A stretch of DNA of 64,000 bases from an uncultured Eubacteriales bacterium (GCA_964454355.1 CAYVTA010000002.1:8428-72427); one strand, 5' to 3'. Shown: positions 1 through 13,358, numbered from the stretch's first letter. A program made the numbers and translations. Notes: a model not told the origin generated them from the sequence alone.

Positions 1-1
1 G

Positions 2-847
2 TCACAGGTCATGCAGGTTCGTGACGCATTTGTAATTGTAACCTTCGGCTGGGGGCATGGCGTAGGTATGAGCCAATGGGGTGCAATAGGTCTTGCAAGA
101 GCAGGATATTCCTACATTCAAATCGTTCAGCATTATTACAGCGGCGTCATGGTAATGAAGGAACAATATCCTCAAACAGTTAAATGTGCAGGCAAAGATG
201 TTGACACAGTGGAAATGCTTGCAAGAATTATACAGATGGAAATTGCAGGCTGTGCGACCCAATGGGATACACTTGATATGAACGCACTCAGAGCTCAGGC
301 TGTTGCAGCATACACAAACCTGAAATATTGCGATTACAAAGTAAGCGGATGTTCATATGTCAACAGTTATGAAAAATGTCGTGACGATGTTAAACAGGTG
401 GCACAGGAAATTGCCGGTCAATATATGACCTACAACGGTAATGTAATTTACGCTTACTATTCGGCTTGTTCGGCAGGCGTAACCGCAACGTATGAACAGG
501 TCTGGGGACAGACAAACCTTAATGTGTCATATCTTACAAATTCCGCATCATATTACGACTGTTCAACATCTGTGTATGTTACGGCAACTGCATATTCTCC
601 CGATGTCATTAAGGACTATATTCTTGCATACGATCCGTCTGTCGTCCTTTCGGAAAATCCTGCTGAATGGATAAAAATTCTTGTTCACGATGACGCAGTA
701 AACGAAAATATCGGTTATGTTTCATCAATGCAAATAGGTGACAAAACAATTTCACAGGGTGCAGGACTTAAATTCAGAGACAAAATTATGAAGTACGATA
801 TCAAATCACCGTGCTTTGCTATAATATACAACGGACAATATTTATAA
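2..847 (+). CDS. SpoIID/LytB-domain sporulation/cell-wall protein, 5'-truncated by the window edge
   Basis: The frame of ORF 11..847 stays open back to nt 2. GWGHGVGMSQWGAIGLARAGYSYIQIVQHYYSG is the hallmark C-terminal SpoIID/LytB motif. It is followed by a second SpoIID-like N-lobe (NALRAQAVAAYT ... YYSACSAGVTATYEQVWG). Confidence 0.7.
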   Translation, partial: SQVMQVRDAFVIVTFGWGHGVGMSQWGAIGLARAGYSYIQIVQHYYSGVMVMKEQYPQTVKCAGKDVDTVEMLARIIQMEIAGCATQWDTLDMNALRAQAVAAYTNLKYCDYKVSGCSYVNSYEKCRDDVKQVAQEIAGQYMTYNGNVIYAYYSACSAGVTATYEQVWGQTNLNVSYLTNSASYYDCSTSVYVTATAYSPDVIKDYILAYDPSVVLSENPAEWIKILVHDDAVNENIGYVSSMQIGDKTISQGAGLKFRDKIMKYDIKSPCFAIIYNGQYL

Positions 848-863
848 TTCAGAGGTGTTATTT

Positions 864-1877
864 ATGTCAATTCTTATTACAGGCGGTGCCGGTTATATCG
901 GCTCGCACACTTGCGTTGAACTCCTTGAATCCGATTATGATATAGTTGTAATTGATAACTATGTCAATAGCTGTAAAGAATCTCTTGAAAGAGTAAAAAA
1001 GATAACCGGCAAGGATTTCAAATACTACGAATGCGACATTCGTGACAAAGAAGGTCTTGACAAGGTTTTTAAGGCTCATGACATTGATGCGGTTATTCAT
1101 TTTGCAGGTCTCAAGGCTGTTGGTGAATCATGTCAGAAGCCTCTTGAATATTACGATAACAATATTGGCGGCACTATCGCCATGCTCGAAGTTATGAGAG
1201 AAAATAACTGTAAGACCATCGTTTTCTCGTCTTCAGCTACAGTTTATGGTGCAGAAAATCAGGTTCCTTTCGATGAAACTATGAAAACCGGTACAACAAC
1301 CAATCCCTACGGTACTACAAAACTCTACATCGAAAATATTCTTAAAGATATATGCAAGGCTGATGCTGACTGGAGCGTTGTACTTCTCAGATATTTTAAT
1401 CCCGTAGGTGCTCACATCAGCGGTCTTATCGGGGAGGCTCCATCATTCCCCAACAACCTTATGCCTTTCATTTCTCAGGTAGCAGTAGGTAAGAGAGAAT
1501 GTTTGAGCGTATTCGGTGACTGTTATGACACTCCTGACGGCACAGGTGTAAGAGATTATATCCATGTTGTCGATCTTGCTAAAGGTCATGTTAAGGCAAT
1601 AGCCTACGCACTTGATAAGAAAGGTGCAGAGGTATTCAATCTTGGTACAGGTAGAGGCACAAGCGTTCTTGAGCTTATCAATGCATTTTCAGAAGTTAAT
1701 AACGTAAATATTCCGTATAAAATAGTGGAACCGAGAGACGGCGATATCGCAACCTGTTATGCAAATGCACAGAAAGCATTTGACATTCTCGGCTGGAAGG
1801 CAGAAAAAAATGTTTCCGAGATGTGTGAAGACACCTGGAGATGGCAAAAAAATAACCCCAATGGCTATGATGAATAA
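864..1877 (+). CDS. galE: UDP-glucose 4-epimerase
   Basis: MSILITGGAGYIGSH Rossmann N-terminus, a YGTTK active-site motif and a 337-aa length. The ATG at 864 follows AGAGG at 851-855. The GTG at 855 lies inside that RBS, so it was not used. Confidence 0.93.
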   Translation: MSILITGGAGYIGSHTCVELLESDYDIVVIDNYVNSCKESLERVKKITGKDFKYYECDIRDKEGLDKVFKAHDIDAVIHFAGLKAVGESCQKPLEYYDNNIGGTIAMLEVMRENNCKTIVFSSSATVYGAENQVPFDETMKTGTTTNPYGTTKLYIENILKDICKADADWSVVLLRYFNPVGAHISGLIGEAPSFPNNLMPFISQVAVGKRECLSVFGDCYDTPDGTGVRDYIHVVDLAKGHVKAIAYALDKKGAEVFNLGTGRGTSVLELINAFSEVNNVNIPYKIVEPRDGDIATCYANAQKAFDILGWKAEKNVSEMCEDTWRWQKNNPNGYDE

Positions 1878-2793
1878 AGTATATATAAAAGAAGTTGTTA
1901 TACTTCTCACTGTTGTGCTTTTTCTTATAAATACAGCATTGCCTATTTTTGCCGATTCGGATCCTTTGCCTGCCCCGGATTGGGTAACAGTGACCGATAA
2001 TTCTGACGGTTCAAAAACTCTTACGGTACAAACGCCAAGCTATATGTTGGATGTTGTTTCTTACTACGAATACAGCACTGACTCAGGGCTCACATGGAAA
2101 AAAATCAATGACAATGCAGGCGGAGAGTTTGTATTTGATTCAACAACAGAATTTACATTGGTTTATATTTCTGATGGTTTCCGTTCAACAGCATATACGA
2201 CAACAGTAGAAATTAATAAGTATACACCTCTCTCAAGTTCAACAGGTGTAATATTGCTTATCCCATTCGATTCGGAGCTTCCTGCTGACATTTCATTGGC
2301 AACATATGAAATTATAGGCGGCACTGATCACAATTTTGTATCAGAGTATGCAGGTGAAGACAAAGCATTCCTTCTTTTTAATGTATTGCTGCTGTCGGAA
2401 GGTCAGATATATGAAAATACAATCACTAATTTGTGGTTTTTTCCTACAGGCGACATGAATGCTTCAAACTGTAGTCTTTATCATATTAGTTCCGAGGGTG
2501 AAATTACTCTGATAGAATCCGAAGCAGAACTGAACATCCTCGCTTGCTTAACAGACAAAACAGGGCTTTTTGCCGTAATTGAAGACAAAAGCGTATCATC
2601 ATCCTTAAGAGGTGATGTCAACGGTGATGGTGCTGTAACAGCAACCGATGCCAGACTTGTATTAAGATGCGCTGCTAAATTAGAAGAGCTGACATCCGTT
2701 CAGAGCTCTGCGGCAGATGTAAATTCGGACGGAAACATCACTTCTGCTGATGCGAGAACCATTCTGAGAATATCAGCAAAGCTTGAAGAATAA
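1867..2793 (+). CDS. Secreted dockerin (type I) protein with an unknown N-terminal domain
   Basis: Signal peptide MMNKVYIKEVVILLTVVLFLINTALPIFA. The C-terminus has a duplicated dockerin Ca-binding repeat, GDVNGDGAVTATDARLVLR ... ADVNSDGNITSADARTILR (nt about 2611-2790). The start overlaps the galE stop. 1861, 1867 and 1870 are all possible starts, and no strong SD is present. Confidence 0.72.
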   Translation: MMNKVYIKEVVILLTVVLFLINTALPIFADSDPLPAPDWVTVTDNSDGSKTLTVQTPSYMLDVVSYYEYSTDSGLTWKKINDNAGGEFVFDSTTEFTLVYISDGFRSTAYTTTVEINKYTPLSSSTGVILLIPFDSELPADISLATYEIIGGTDHNFVSEYAGEDKAFLLFNVLLLSEGQIYENTITNLWFFPTGDMNASNCSLYHISSEGEITLIESEAELNILACLTDKTGLFAVIEDKSVSSSLRGDVNGDGAVTATDARLVLRCAAKLEELTSVQSSAADVNSDGNITSADARTILRISAKLEE

Positions 2794-2813
2794 TGATTCA
2801 AAGGAGTAATATT

Positions 2814-4259
2814 ATGGATATTCCACATTTTCTTTTGGAACAGGCTCAATCCCTTGTAAGCACAAGTTCATATAAAAAATATCAAAAAAACACTCTGACT
2901 CCCCTTCCTGAAGGAAGTTTTGACTGTATTAAAAAACCTATATCGGATAAATTCACTTTTGGCTTTGCACAAAAAACCGTGATGCCGGAAGATAAAATTC
3001 CCGGCAAGAAAAAATACTATGTTGCAGGCTACAGAATAAACAATCCGGCAACAGGAGTTCTTGATGATTTACAGGCGAAGGCTATGTGGATCGATGACAA
3101 TTCCGGAAGAGGCGGAATAGTTCTTGTTTCAGTGGACTGTGTTGGACTTTTTGGCGAAGACGTAAAAAATATAAGAGAGCTTCTCTGCGATTTCTGTCGC
3201 AAAACTAATTGCAGAAGCATTAATATTTTTGCAACACATTGCCATGCCGGAATTGATACAATGGGTATGTGGGGACCTCTCCCCAAATCAGGCAGAGATA
3301 AGGACTATATCAAAATTGTTTATGACGGCGTCGTTTCAGCCGTTAAGGAAGCTTATAAAAACAGAACTGACGGACAGATTTATCTGGGCAGAACAAAAGC
3401 TGATAAAAATGCTCAAAGTGCACCCCGTCCGCCTCATGTTTACTCCGATGTAATTACAAGACTGAGATTTGTACCTGAAGACGGCTCTGCAGAAACTTAT
3501 CTTGTGAATTTTGCTTCACATCCGGAATCACTTCAAGGTAAAAATTCACTTGTCAGTGCAGATTTTCCCTGTTATATGGCAAGACATATCAAAGAAAAGA
3601 AAAATGCTAATATGATGTTTTTCGCCGGTGCGATTGGCGGTCTGTGCATGAATGATATGGATGAAAGTAACATCATTTCAACGATGAAAACAGGTCAGTA
3701 CCTGGGTGAAAAGGTTTGCAAAATTAAAAAAGAGGAAAAGCTTGAACCTGTGATAAACATTCTCAGACAGGAAAAATATCTTAATTGCGAAAACCCTGTC
3801 TTTTGGTTTCTTTCAAGACTCAATGTAATTCCCGAAAAAATGATTACCACCGAAGATAAAGCATTACATCTCGGAATGAAAACAGAGCTGTCCTACATTC
3901 AGATAGGCTCGCTTAATATGCTTCTTCTTCCCGGAGAAATATTCCCGGAGCTTGTTTACGGCGGTTATCTTTCAGAAGAGGAATCCGGAACCGGCAAGTC
4001 CCCTGATGTCAACCCAAGACCTCTTTGTGAAATCACGGAAGACAAAAATCTTCTTGTTTTTGGTCTTGCAAATGGTGAGATAGGATACATCTTATCACCA
4101 AATGACTTTGTTCTTGACGAAAGATTCCCTTATATTGAGCAGACAAAAGACCGTTTGGGCAGAAGGCATTATCACGAAACAAATTCTTTACACAAAAACA
4201 CGGCATATGAAATTGCGGATACAGTATCAGCAATGATGAAAATTGTAAAAAATCAATGA
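2814..4259 (+). CDS. Neutral/alkaline ceramidase-like N-terminal-domain hydrolase (cytoplasmic paralog)
   Basis: AAAGGAG at 2800-2806 precedes the ATG at 2814. The pattern DDNSGRGGIVLVSVDCVGLFGEDVKNIRE...INIFATHCHAGIDTMG resembles the ceramidase-family block D.G..V.VS.D....ATHTHSGP. It is clearly paralogous to 56619..58361. No signal peptide. Confidence 0.5.
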   Translation: MDIPHFLLEQAQSLVSTSSYKKYQKNTLTPLPEGSFDCIKKPISDKFTFGFAQKTVMPEDKIPGKKKYYVAGYRINNPATGVLDDLQAKAMWIDDNSGRGGIVLVSVDCVGLFGEDVKNIRELLCDFCRKTNCRSINIFATHCHAGIDTMGMWGPLPKSGRDKDYIKIVYDGVVSAVKEAYKNRTDGQIYLGRTKADKNAQSAPRPPHVYSDVITRLRFVPEDGSAETYLVNFASHPESLQGKNSLVSADFPCYMARHIKEKKNANMMFFAGAIGGLCMNDMDESNIISTMKTGQYLGEKVCKIKKEEKLEPVINILRQEKYLNCENPVFWFLSRLNVIPEKMITTEDKALHLGMKTELSYIQIGSLNMLLLPGEIFPELVYGGYLSEEESGTGKSPDVNPRPLCEITEDKNLLVFGLANGEIGYILSPNDFVLDERFPYIEQTKDRLGRRHYHETNSLHKNTAYEIADTVSAMMKIVKNQ

Positions 4260-4285
4260 TATATAAATCAAAGGAGATGATATAA

Positions 4286-5527
4286 ATGTTTGTAGCGGTT
4301 ATGGGATACGGAACAGTTGGTTCCGGTGTTGTTGAACTTCTCTATAAAAACCACGACAGCATTGTCAAAAAAAGTATGCAGGACTCTTTGGAGCTGAAAT
4401 ATATCCTCGACATCAGAGAGTTCCCCGAAAGCCCCTATAAAGATAAATTTGTAAAGGATTTCAATATTATCCTCAACGATCCCGAGGTTAAAATCGTTGT
4501 TGAAACCATGGGCGGTGCAACTTTTGCTTACGACTGCGTTAAAAAGCTTCTTCTCGCAGGTAAAAGCGTTGTTACATCAAATAAAGAGCTGGTTGCTTCA
4601 TACGGTTGTGAACTTCTTGCTATTGCAGAAGAAAAAAACGCTAATTTCCTCTTTGAAGCAAGCGTAGGCGGCGGTATTCCGATTATCAGACCCATTACAC
4701 AGTGTCTTGCAGCAAATGAAATTGATTCAATAGCAGGTATCCTTAACGGCACAACAAACTATATTCTCACAAAGATGATTACCGAAAAAGCTTCATTTGA
4801 AGAGGCTCTCAAAAATGCTCAGGAACTGGGCTATGCAGAAAAAGATCCTACAGCCGATGTCGATGGTCACGATTCATGCAGAAAGATATGCATTCTTGCA
4901 GCTCTTTGCTTCGGCAAACATGTTTACCCTGACAGTGTACACACTGAAGGTATCAGAAATATCACACTCAGCGATGTTGATTATGCAGCATCATGGGGCG
5001 GAGTTATCAAGCTTATCGCTTGTGCAAAAAAAGTCAGCGATGATTCAATCAGCGTAACAGTCGGTCCCGCTTTTGTTAACAATCACAGTCAGCTTGCAGG
5101 CGTAGAAGATGTATTTAATGCAGTTCTCGTAAGAGGCGACGCAGTTGGTGATGCAGTATTCTACGGCAGAGGTGCGGGCAAACTACCCACTGCCAGTGCT
5201 GTTGTTGCAGATGTTATTGATGCGGCTAAACATATAGAAAAGAAAAAGAGCTTCGGTTGGAGCGAAGCACAGGATAACCATGTTGCAGATTACCTCGATC
5301 AGACCGTAGCAGTTTATGTCAGAGGTGCTGTTTCCGGAAATAAAGCTGATGTTATAAAAGAAATTAACGATGCTATCGGAGCAGTAAGGATTCTCAAAAG
5401 CGAAAAAGCAGCCGATAATGAGCTTGCATTCGTCACGAATCCCGCAGCAGAAGGAAAACTGAGAGAAAAACTTGCGAATATAAGCGGATTCACTTCTGAA
5501 TCAATTATCAGAATTTCCGATTATTAA
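4286..5527 (+). CDS. hom: Homoserine dehydrogenase
   Basis: VAVMGYGTVGSGV NAD-binding motif, NGTTNYILTKM, GYAEKDPTADVDGHD, and a C-terminal ACT-like tail. AAAGGAG RBS. Confidence 0.9.
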   Translation: MFVAVMGYGTVGSGVVELLYKNHDSIVKKSMQDSLELKYILDIREFPESPYKDKFVKDFNIILNDPEVKIVVETMGGATFAYDCVKKLLLAGKSVVTSNKELVASYGCELLAIAEEKNANFLFEASVGGGIPIIRPITQCLAANEIDSIAGILNGTTNYILTKMITEKASFEEALKNAQELGYAEKDPTADVDGHDSCRKICILAALCFGKHVYPDSVHTEGIRNITLSDVDYAASWGGVIKLIACAKKVSDDSISVTVGPAFVNNHSQLAGVEDVFNAVLVRGDAVGDAVFYGRGAGKLPTASAVVADVIDAAKHIEKKKSFGWSEAQDNHVADYLDQTVAVYVRGAVSGNKADVIKEINDAIGAVRILKSEKAADNELAFVTNPAAEGKLREKLANISGFTSESIIRISDY

Positions 5528-5561
5528 TATATTTAAAAATTATTTATGAAAGGATAATAAT

Positions 5562-6773
5562 ATGGGACTCATTGTGCAGAAATTCGGCGGAAGCTCGGTT
5601 GCAAACGCCGAAAGAGTTAACAATGTTGCAAGTATCGTTACAGATACTTACAAAGCAGGCAATGATGTTATAGTTGTTGTATCCGCTCAGGGTGACACAA
5701 CTGATGACCTTATTGCAAAAGCGCAGGAAATCAATCCTAATGCGTCAAAAAGAGAAATGGATATGCTTCTTTCAGCAGGCGAGCAGATTTCAATATCACT
5801 CCTTGCTATGGCTATCGAAAGAATCGGCTGCCCCGTAGTATCAATGCTTGGCTGGCAGGCAGGCTTTAACACAAATTCAAACTATGCAGCAGCAAGAATC
5901 AAAAATGTCAAGGCTGACAGAGTAAAAGCAGCTATCGACAAACATCAGATCGTTGTTGTTGCAGGCTTCCAGGGACTTAATAAGTATGATGACATTACTA
6001 CTCTCGGAAGAGGCGGTTCTGATACAAGTGCAGTTGCACTTGCTGCAGCTCTTCACGCTGACAGATGTCAGATATTCACAGACGTTGAAGGCGTTTTCAC
6101 AGCAGACCCTAGAAAAGTTCCTGGTGCAACAAAACTCAGCGAAATCACTTATGATGAAATGCTTGAACTTGCAACTCTCGGTGCACAGGTTCTTAACAAC
6201 CGTTCTGTTGAGATGGGTAAAAAATATAATGTTGAAATTGAGGTGCTCTCAAGTCTTAAGAGAGTTCCGGGCACAATTGTCAAGGAGGTTGCCAATATGG
6301 AAAAAATGCTCGTAAGAGGCGTTACAAAGGATACAAACTGCGCCAGAATATCAATCACAGATCTTCCCGATACCCCCGGTATAGCTTTCAGAATTTTTGC
6401 AAAGCTTGCTGCTAAAAATATTAACGTTGATATCATTCTTCAATCTGTAGGCAGAGAAGGCTCAAAGGACATTGCATTCACTGTTTCAAGCGACAGTGCT
6501 GACGAAGCAATTAATGTTATCAAGAGCCTTGCAGAGCTTCAGGATAAGAATGTTGTTTGCGACACTGAAATTGCAAAGGTTTCAGTTGTCGGTGCAGGTA
6601 TGGAAACTCATCCCGGTGCAGCATCAATGATGTTTGAAGCTTTATATGAGCAGAACATTAATATTCAGATGATTTCCACAAGTGAAATCAAAATTTCTGT
6701 ACTTATCGACAAAAAGGATGCAGACAAAGCTGTTCTCGCTATCCATGATAAGTTCCTTCCCGAAAACGCATAA
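5562..6773 (+). CDS. lysC: Aspartate kinase (with ACT domains)
   Basis: IVQKFGGSSVANAERV N-terminus, GRGGSDTSAVALAAAL, and two C-terminal ACT repeats. Confidence 0.92.
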   Translation: MGLIVQKFGGSSVANAERVNNVASIVTDTYKAGNDVIVVVSAQGDTTDDLIAKAQEINPNASKREMDMLLSAGEQISISLLAMAIERIGCPVVSMLGWQAGFNTNSNYAAARIKNVKADRVKAAIDKHQIVVVAGFQGLNKYDDITTLGRGGSDTSAVALAAALHADRCQIFTDVEGVFTADPRKVPGATKLSEITYDEMLELATLGAQVLNNRSVEMGKKYNVEIEVLSSLKRVPGTIVKEVANMEKMLVRGVTKDTNCARISITDLPDTPGIAFRIFAKLAAKNINVDIILQSVGREGSKDIAFTVSSDSADEAINVIKSLAELQDKNVVCDTEIAKVSVVGAGMETHPGAASMMFEALYEQNINIQMISTSEIKISVLIDKKDADKAVLAIHDKFLPENA

Positions 6774-6793
6774 GTTTTAAGCATCAATTACTT

Positions 6794-6831
6794 GTGGCAC
6801 ACTTCATTGCGAAGTGTGCCACTGTTTTTTT
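6794..6831 (+). terminator. Rho-independent terminator closing the SpoIID..lysC gene string
   Basis: GTGGCACACTTC-ATTGC-GAAGTGTGCCAC forms a perfect 12-bp stem and is followed by TGTTTTTTT. Confidence 0.85.
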
Positions 6832-6853
6832 GGACATAATTCTTTTTCAATTA

Positions 6854-7732
6854 TCATGTTTTTTTCTTTTTTATTGCAAAATATATTCCCATCACGGCAA
6901 TTTCAGCAATCAACACCGTGCCTGCCGTTTTTGCACCGAATCTTAATGATAAGTCCAATGCATTTTTACGCAAATTTGTAATTTGATTGTGATTTTCAAA
7001 TATTGAATCGGACAACTCCTGCGGCAAACTGTCACAATCAACACTAAAAAGTGTCACAAGCTCGTAGGCATATTTATTCGTATCTTCTTTATCCAAGCAA
7101 AATGACAAAGCATAATAATCGTTCTCGTATTCAAAATATACTATATTAATAATTTTTACAGAATCTGCAATATAAGAAAACAGATGAACACCAACCTGAC
7201 GGGCATTGTTTTCAATATTTTGGTCTCGGAGAATTTCTATAGCTCTTTTTTCATCAATGAGGGTATAATTATATTCAGATAATTCTTGAATAACATCACC
7301 GTAATCAAAAGATATATCATCATAGTAATAGTGATACTTTTCACTTCCCTCTTGCAGAACGTCCTTATCGGTTACAGCGTGGAAAAAGCTGAACATCAGA
7401 TACTCATCTTCTGTATATCCGTAACAAGGAATATAAATTACTGCTGCGGAAACGGACATAACTATTAAAAATGACATTATCAACACTGTAACAGAAACCA
7501 AAATACGTCTTTTACCTTGTTTTGAAAATGTAATATCTTCAATCAGAGCATCAAATTCATTAGTTCTCTCGTCCGGAAAAACCTCTTTTTCTTCGACTTT
7601 TTCATATTCAGAGGTACTAATTTCATTCCAATAGCTTTTTCTTCTTTTTATAAACAGTACAAGAAATACCACTACAATTACAGCTGTCAAAATAATTGCC
7701 ATTTTATGATGCCAAAGCAATCTGAAATTCAT
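6854..7732 (-). CDS. Hypothetical polytopic membrane protein
   Basis: A GGGGAGGGTGA RBS sits just upstream of the ATG at 7732. Three predicted TM helices (near the N-terminus, mid-protein and at the C-terminus). No recognisable motif. Confidence 0.6.
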   Translation of the reverse strand: MNFRLLWHHKMAIILTAVIVVVFLVLFIKRRKSYWNEISTSEYEKVEEKEVFPDERTNEFDALIEDITFSKQGKRRILVSVTVLIMSFLIVMSVSAAVIYIPCYGYTEDEYLMFSFFHAVTDKDVLQEGSEKYHYYYDDISFDYGDVIQELSEYNYTLIDEKRAIEILRDQNIENNARQVGVHLFSYIADSVKIINIVYFEYENDYYALSFCLDKEDTNKYAYELVTLFSVDCDSLPQELSDSIFENHNQITNLRKNALDLSLRFGAKTAGTVLIAEIAVMGIYFAIKKKKT

Positions 7733-7836
7733 CAGTCACCCTCCCCTAATTTAAAAACTTATTCAAATTTCGCAAAGTAAAGTGTCGATGCAACTACAAA
7801 GGCAATCTGAAAATTATTTCAGTAAAAATTAATTGT

Positions 7837-8580
7837 TTATATCACAAAACCACCATTTATACCGATGACTTGACCTGTTATATACCCGGCATTATCACTT
7901 GCAAGAAAAGACACTGCGGCGGCGATCTCTTCAGGCTTACCTAATCGCATAAGAGGTATTTCTTCACACAGTGCAGCAATGTCTGCCTGTGAAAAAGAAG
8001 ACATCATCCCGGTATCAACCGCACCGGGAGCGATGCAATTCACAGTAATACCCGACGGGGCAACCTCTTGTGCAAGTGCCTTTGTAAGTCCGATAACTCC
8101 TGCCTTTGAGGCTGAATAATGCACTTCACACGAAGCTCCTACCTGCCCCCACATAGAAGAAATATTAATTATTCTCCCCTGCTTTTGCCTTATCATAAAC
8201 GGCAGAACTGCACGGCAACAGTTAAAAACACCTGTTAAATTTACACCAAGCATTTTGTTCCAGTCATCATCAGTAATATCAGTAAAAAGCTTTTGCTGTG
8301 CAATACCGGAATTATTTACAAGAATATACGGTACACCTATATCTCTGCTGATTTTTTCAAACATCTCATTAACTTCCGCTGATGAAGCAACATCGGCTTT
8401 TATCGGTGTTACATCATAACCTTTAAAAGAAAGCTCCGAAGCCAAAGCTTCTGCCTTCGCTTCAGAGCTGTTATAATTTATAACTACCGACAATCCGTCC
8501 GAACATAAAGCTCGAACAGTTGATTCACCAATACCGGAAGCACCGCCTGTTACAACGGCCACTCTTCCGAACTTCATCAT
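7837..8580 (-). CDS. SDR-family oxidoreductase (FabG-like 3-oxoacyl reductase)
   Basis: VAVVTGGASGIGEST cofactor motif, YSASKAGVIGLTKALAQE catalytic Y-x3-K, NISS. The start overlaps the upstream stop as ATGA. Confidence 0.85.
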   Translation of the reverse strand: MMKFGRVAVVTGGASGIGESTVRALCSDGLSVVINYNSSEAKAEALASELSFKGYDVTPIKADVASSAEVNEMFEKISRDIGVPYILVNNSGIAQQKLFTDITDDDWNKMLGVNLTGVFNCCRAVLPFMIRQKQGRIINISSMWGQVGASCEVHYSASKAGVIGLTKALAQEVAPSGITVNCIAPGAVDTGMMSSFSQADIAALCEEIPLMRLGKPEEIAAAVSFLASDNAGYITGQVIGINGGFVI

Positions 8581-9347
8581 TCAACAGTTGTAAAGAAAGA
8601 AGAAATGAAAGAAGTTACAGAAGTCTTTTCAAGTCCCTTAAGTGTGAGCTGGTTGGAAGGAATCGTTGCAGAGATCTCATTAATAACGATCTGCATTGTA
8701 AGTGTACCGTCAGAATTATAATTATCAACCTGAATAAGCTTATCTCCGATAGAATAAAGCTTGATTACAGCATCATCATAAACGTATTCGTTGCAAAGAC
8801 CTGCTTCACCGTTGATAGTAACAGCAGACTGCTTGAGGTTGTATATTTCCTCTTCACCAACATTATCTGCAAGTGACTGAAATTCAGAAACAGAGAAGCT
8901 GTCCTCAAGACCAAGTGCACTCAGAAGTGTGTCAGAAAGCTCTGTGTAAACATTTGCTGCAGGCTGGATAACATATGTTGAACCGTCAAGAACAAGCATA
9001 CCGAAACCTATTCCGCTTATGGAAGCTGTGAGCTGAACATTGGTACCGTCTGTTGCGATCTGAGTAGCCAATGCAGAACCTGAACTGTAAACTGTACCGT
9101 CAATGTAATATGATCCTCTGACGAAGATTTCAACTTCTTCAGGAACATATGTTTCAACAGTGGTTTCACCTTCTTCAATCTGGTTGTCACTCCTAACATC
9201 GCCTACGGAATCATCAGCGAGAAAAGCATCAAGACCGGAGTCTTCTTCCACTGATCCGGGAACATTTTCACTATCGTCTTCACAACCGGTAAAGACAATT
9301 GCCATGCACATAATAAGTGCAAATATTACGCAAAATACTTTTTTCAT
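8577..9347 (-). CDS. Hypothetical lipoprotein
   Basis: MKKVFCVIFALIMCMAIVFTGC carries a lipobox (FTGC). AAAGGTGA lies 5 nt upstream of the ATG at 9347. The ORF-track start at 9356 is a GTG inside that RBS. Confidence 0.7.
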   Translation of the reverse strand: MKKVFCVIFALIMCMAIVFTGCEDDSENVPGSVEEDSGLDAFLADDSVGDVRSDNQIEEGETTVETYVPEEVEIFVRGSYYIDGTVYSSGSALATQIATDGTNVQLTASISGIGFGMLVLDGSTYVIQPAANVYTELSDTLLSALGLEDSFSVSEFQSLADNVGEEEIYNLKQSAVTINGEAGLCNEYVYDDAVIKLYSIGDKLIQVDNYNSDGTLTMQIVINEISATIPSNQLTLKGLEKTSVTSFISSFFTTVE

Positions 9348-9448
9348 TTTAATCACCTTTTGTTATAGTTTATAATTTTACATTATCATAATACTACATA
9401 TTAGACAAAAAATCAAGAAAATAATTATTTATTACAAAATTGTATTAT

Positions 9449-12610
<3,162 letters not shown>

Positions 12611-12626
12611 TTATCTTTAATAAATT

Positions 12627-13358
12627 TTATTGAAGTGAATAATTACAATCAAAACCGTTCTTAAGCTCATTAATAAGCTCAATGCTCGGTTCGGGCAGAT
12701 GAGCAAAAGGAAATTCAATACCGATTTTATCATATTTCATCTGACATAATTTTTTAAAAGGCAAAAGCTCAATTATATCAACACAGCAATGCTCTTTCAC
12801 AATTTTATTAAGCTTTTTAATATTTTCGGCATTGTCATTTATTGTCGGAATAATTACCTGTCGCAATGTTACCGGGATATGCATTTTATCAAGAAAAGCA
12901 AGTGTTTCCATAGGTTTTTTTATACTGCAGCCAACATTTTCAATGTAAAGCTCTTCAGAAGTGTATTTTATGTCAAGCAGTACCCTATCAGTCAGCATAT
13001 ATAAAGCTTTTACTTCTTCATTTAGTATGCTTCCCGATGTATCCAGACAGGTATTTATACATCTCTCGTGACAAAGAGCAAAGACTTCACGGACAAAGTC
13101 TGCCTGCAAAAGAGGTTCACCCCCTGAAAAGGTAATTCCTCCCTCCTTGCCGAAATATTCACGATAACGCTCCGCTTTCTCAACGATTTGTTGTGCAGTA
13201 TAAGTCTTACCATCTGTCATGCTCCACGTATCCGGATTGTGACAGCATTTACATCTGAGATTACAGCCCTGCATAAAGACAACGAAACGGACTCCCGGTC
13301 CGTCAAGTGTACCGAGAGTCTGAATTGAATGTATACGTCCAATCACAGATGTATTCAT
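12627..13358 (-). CDS. pflA: Pyruvate formate-lyase activating enzyme (radical SAM)
   Basis: [14 protein letters not shown] Cx3Cx2C cluster and a [11 protein letters not shown] motif. The start overlaps the pflB stop. Confidence 0.92.
   Translation of the reverse strand: MNTSVIGRIHSIQTLGTLDGPGVRFVVFMQGCNLRCKCCHNPDTWSMTDGKTYTAQQIVEKAERYREYFGKEGGITFSGGEPLLQADFVREVFALCHERCINTCLDTSGSILNEEVKALYMLTDRVLLDIKYTSEELYIENVGCSIKKPMETLAFLDKMHIPVTLRQVIIPTINDNAENIKKLNKIVKEHCCVDIIELLPFKKLCQMKYDKIGIEFPFAHLPEPSIELINELKNGFDCNYSLQ

Noticed and set aside
1759-1866. N-terminal extensions suggested by the ORF track. Affected ORFs: 1759 for the dockerin gene, 855 galE, 2793, 9356, 12601 lacZ, 17707 ABC, 23864 spoVAD, 30083, 33475 yebC, 44023, 44208 tetR and 58424.
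   Set aside because: The extensions overlap upstream genes or lack an RBS. In each case an internal start sits 5-13 nt after a GGAGG-like motif and yields a canonical N-terminus (signal peptide, lipobox or family-typical start).
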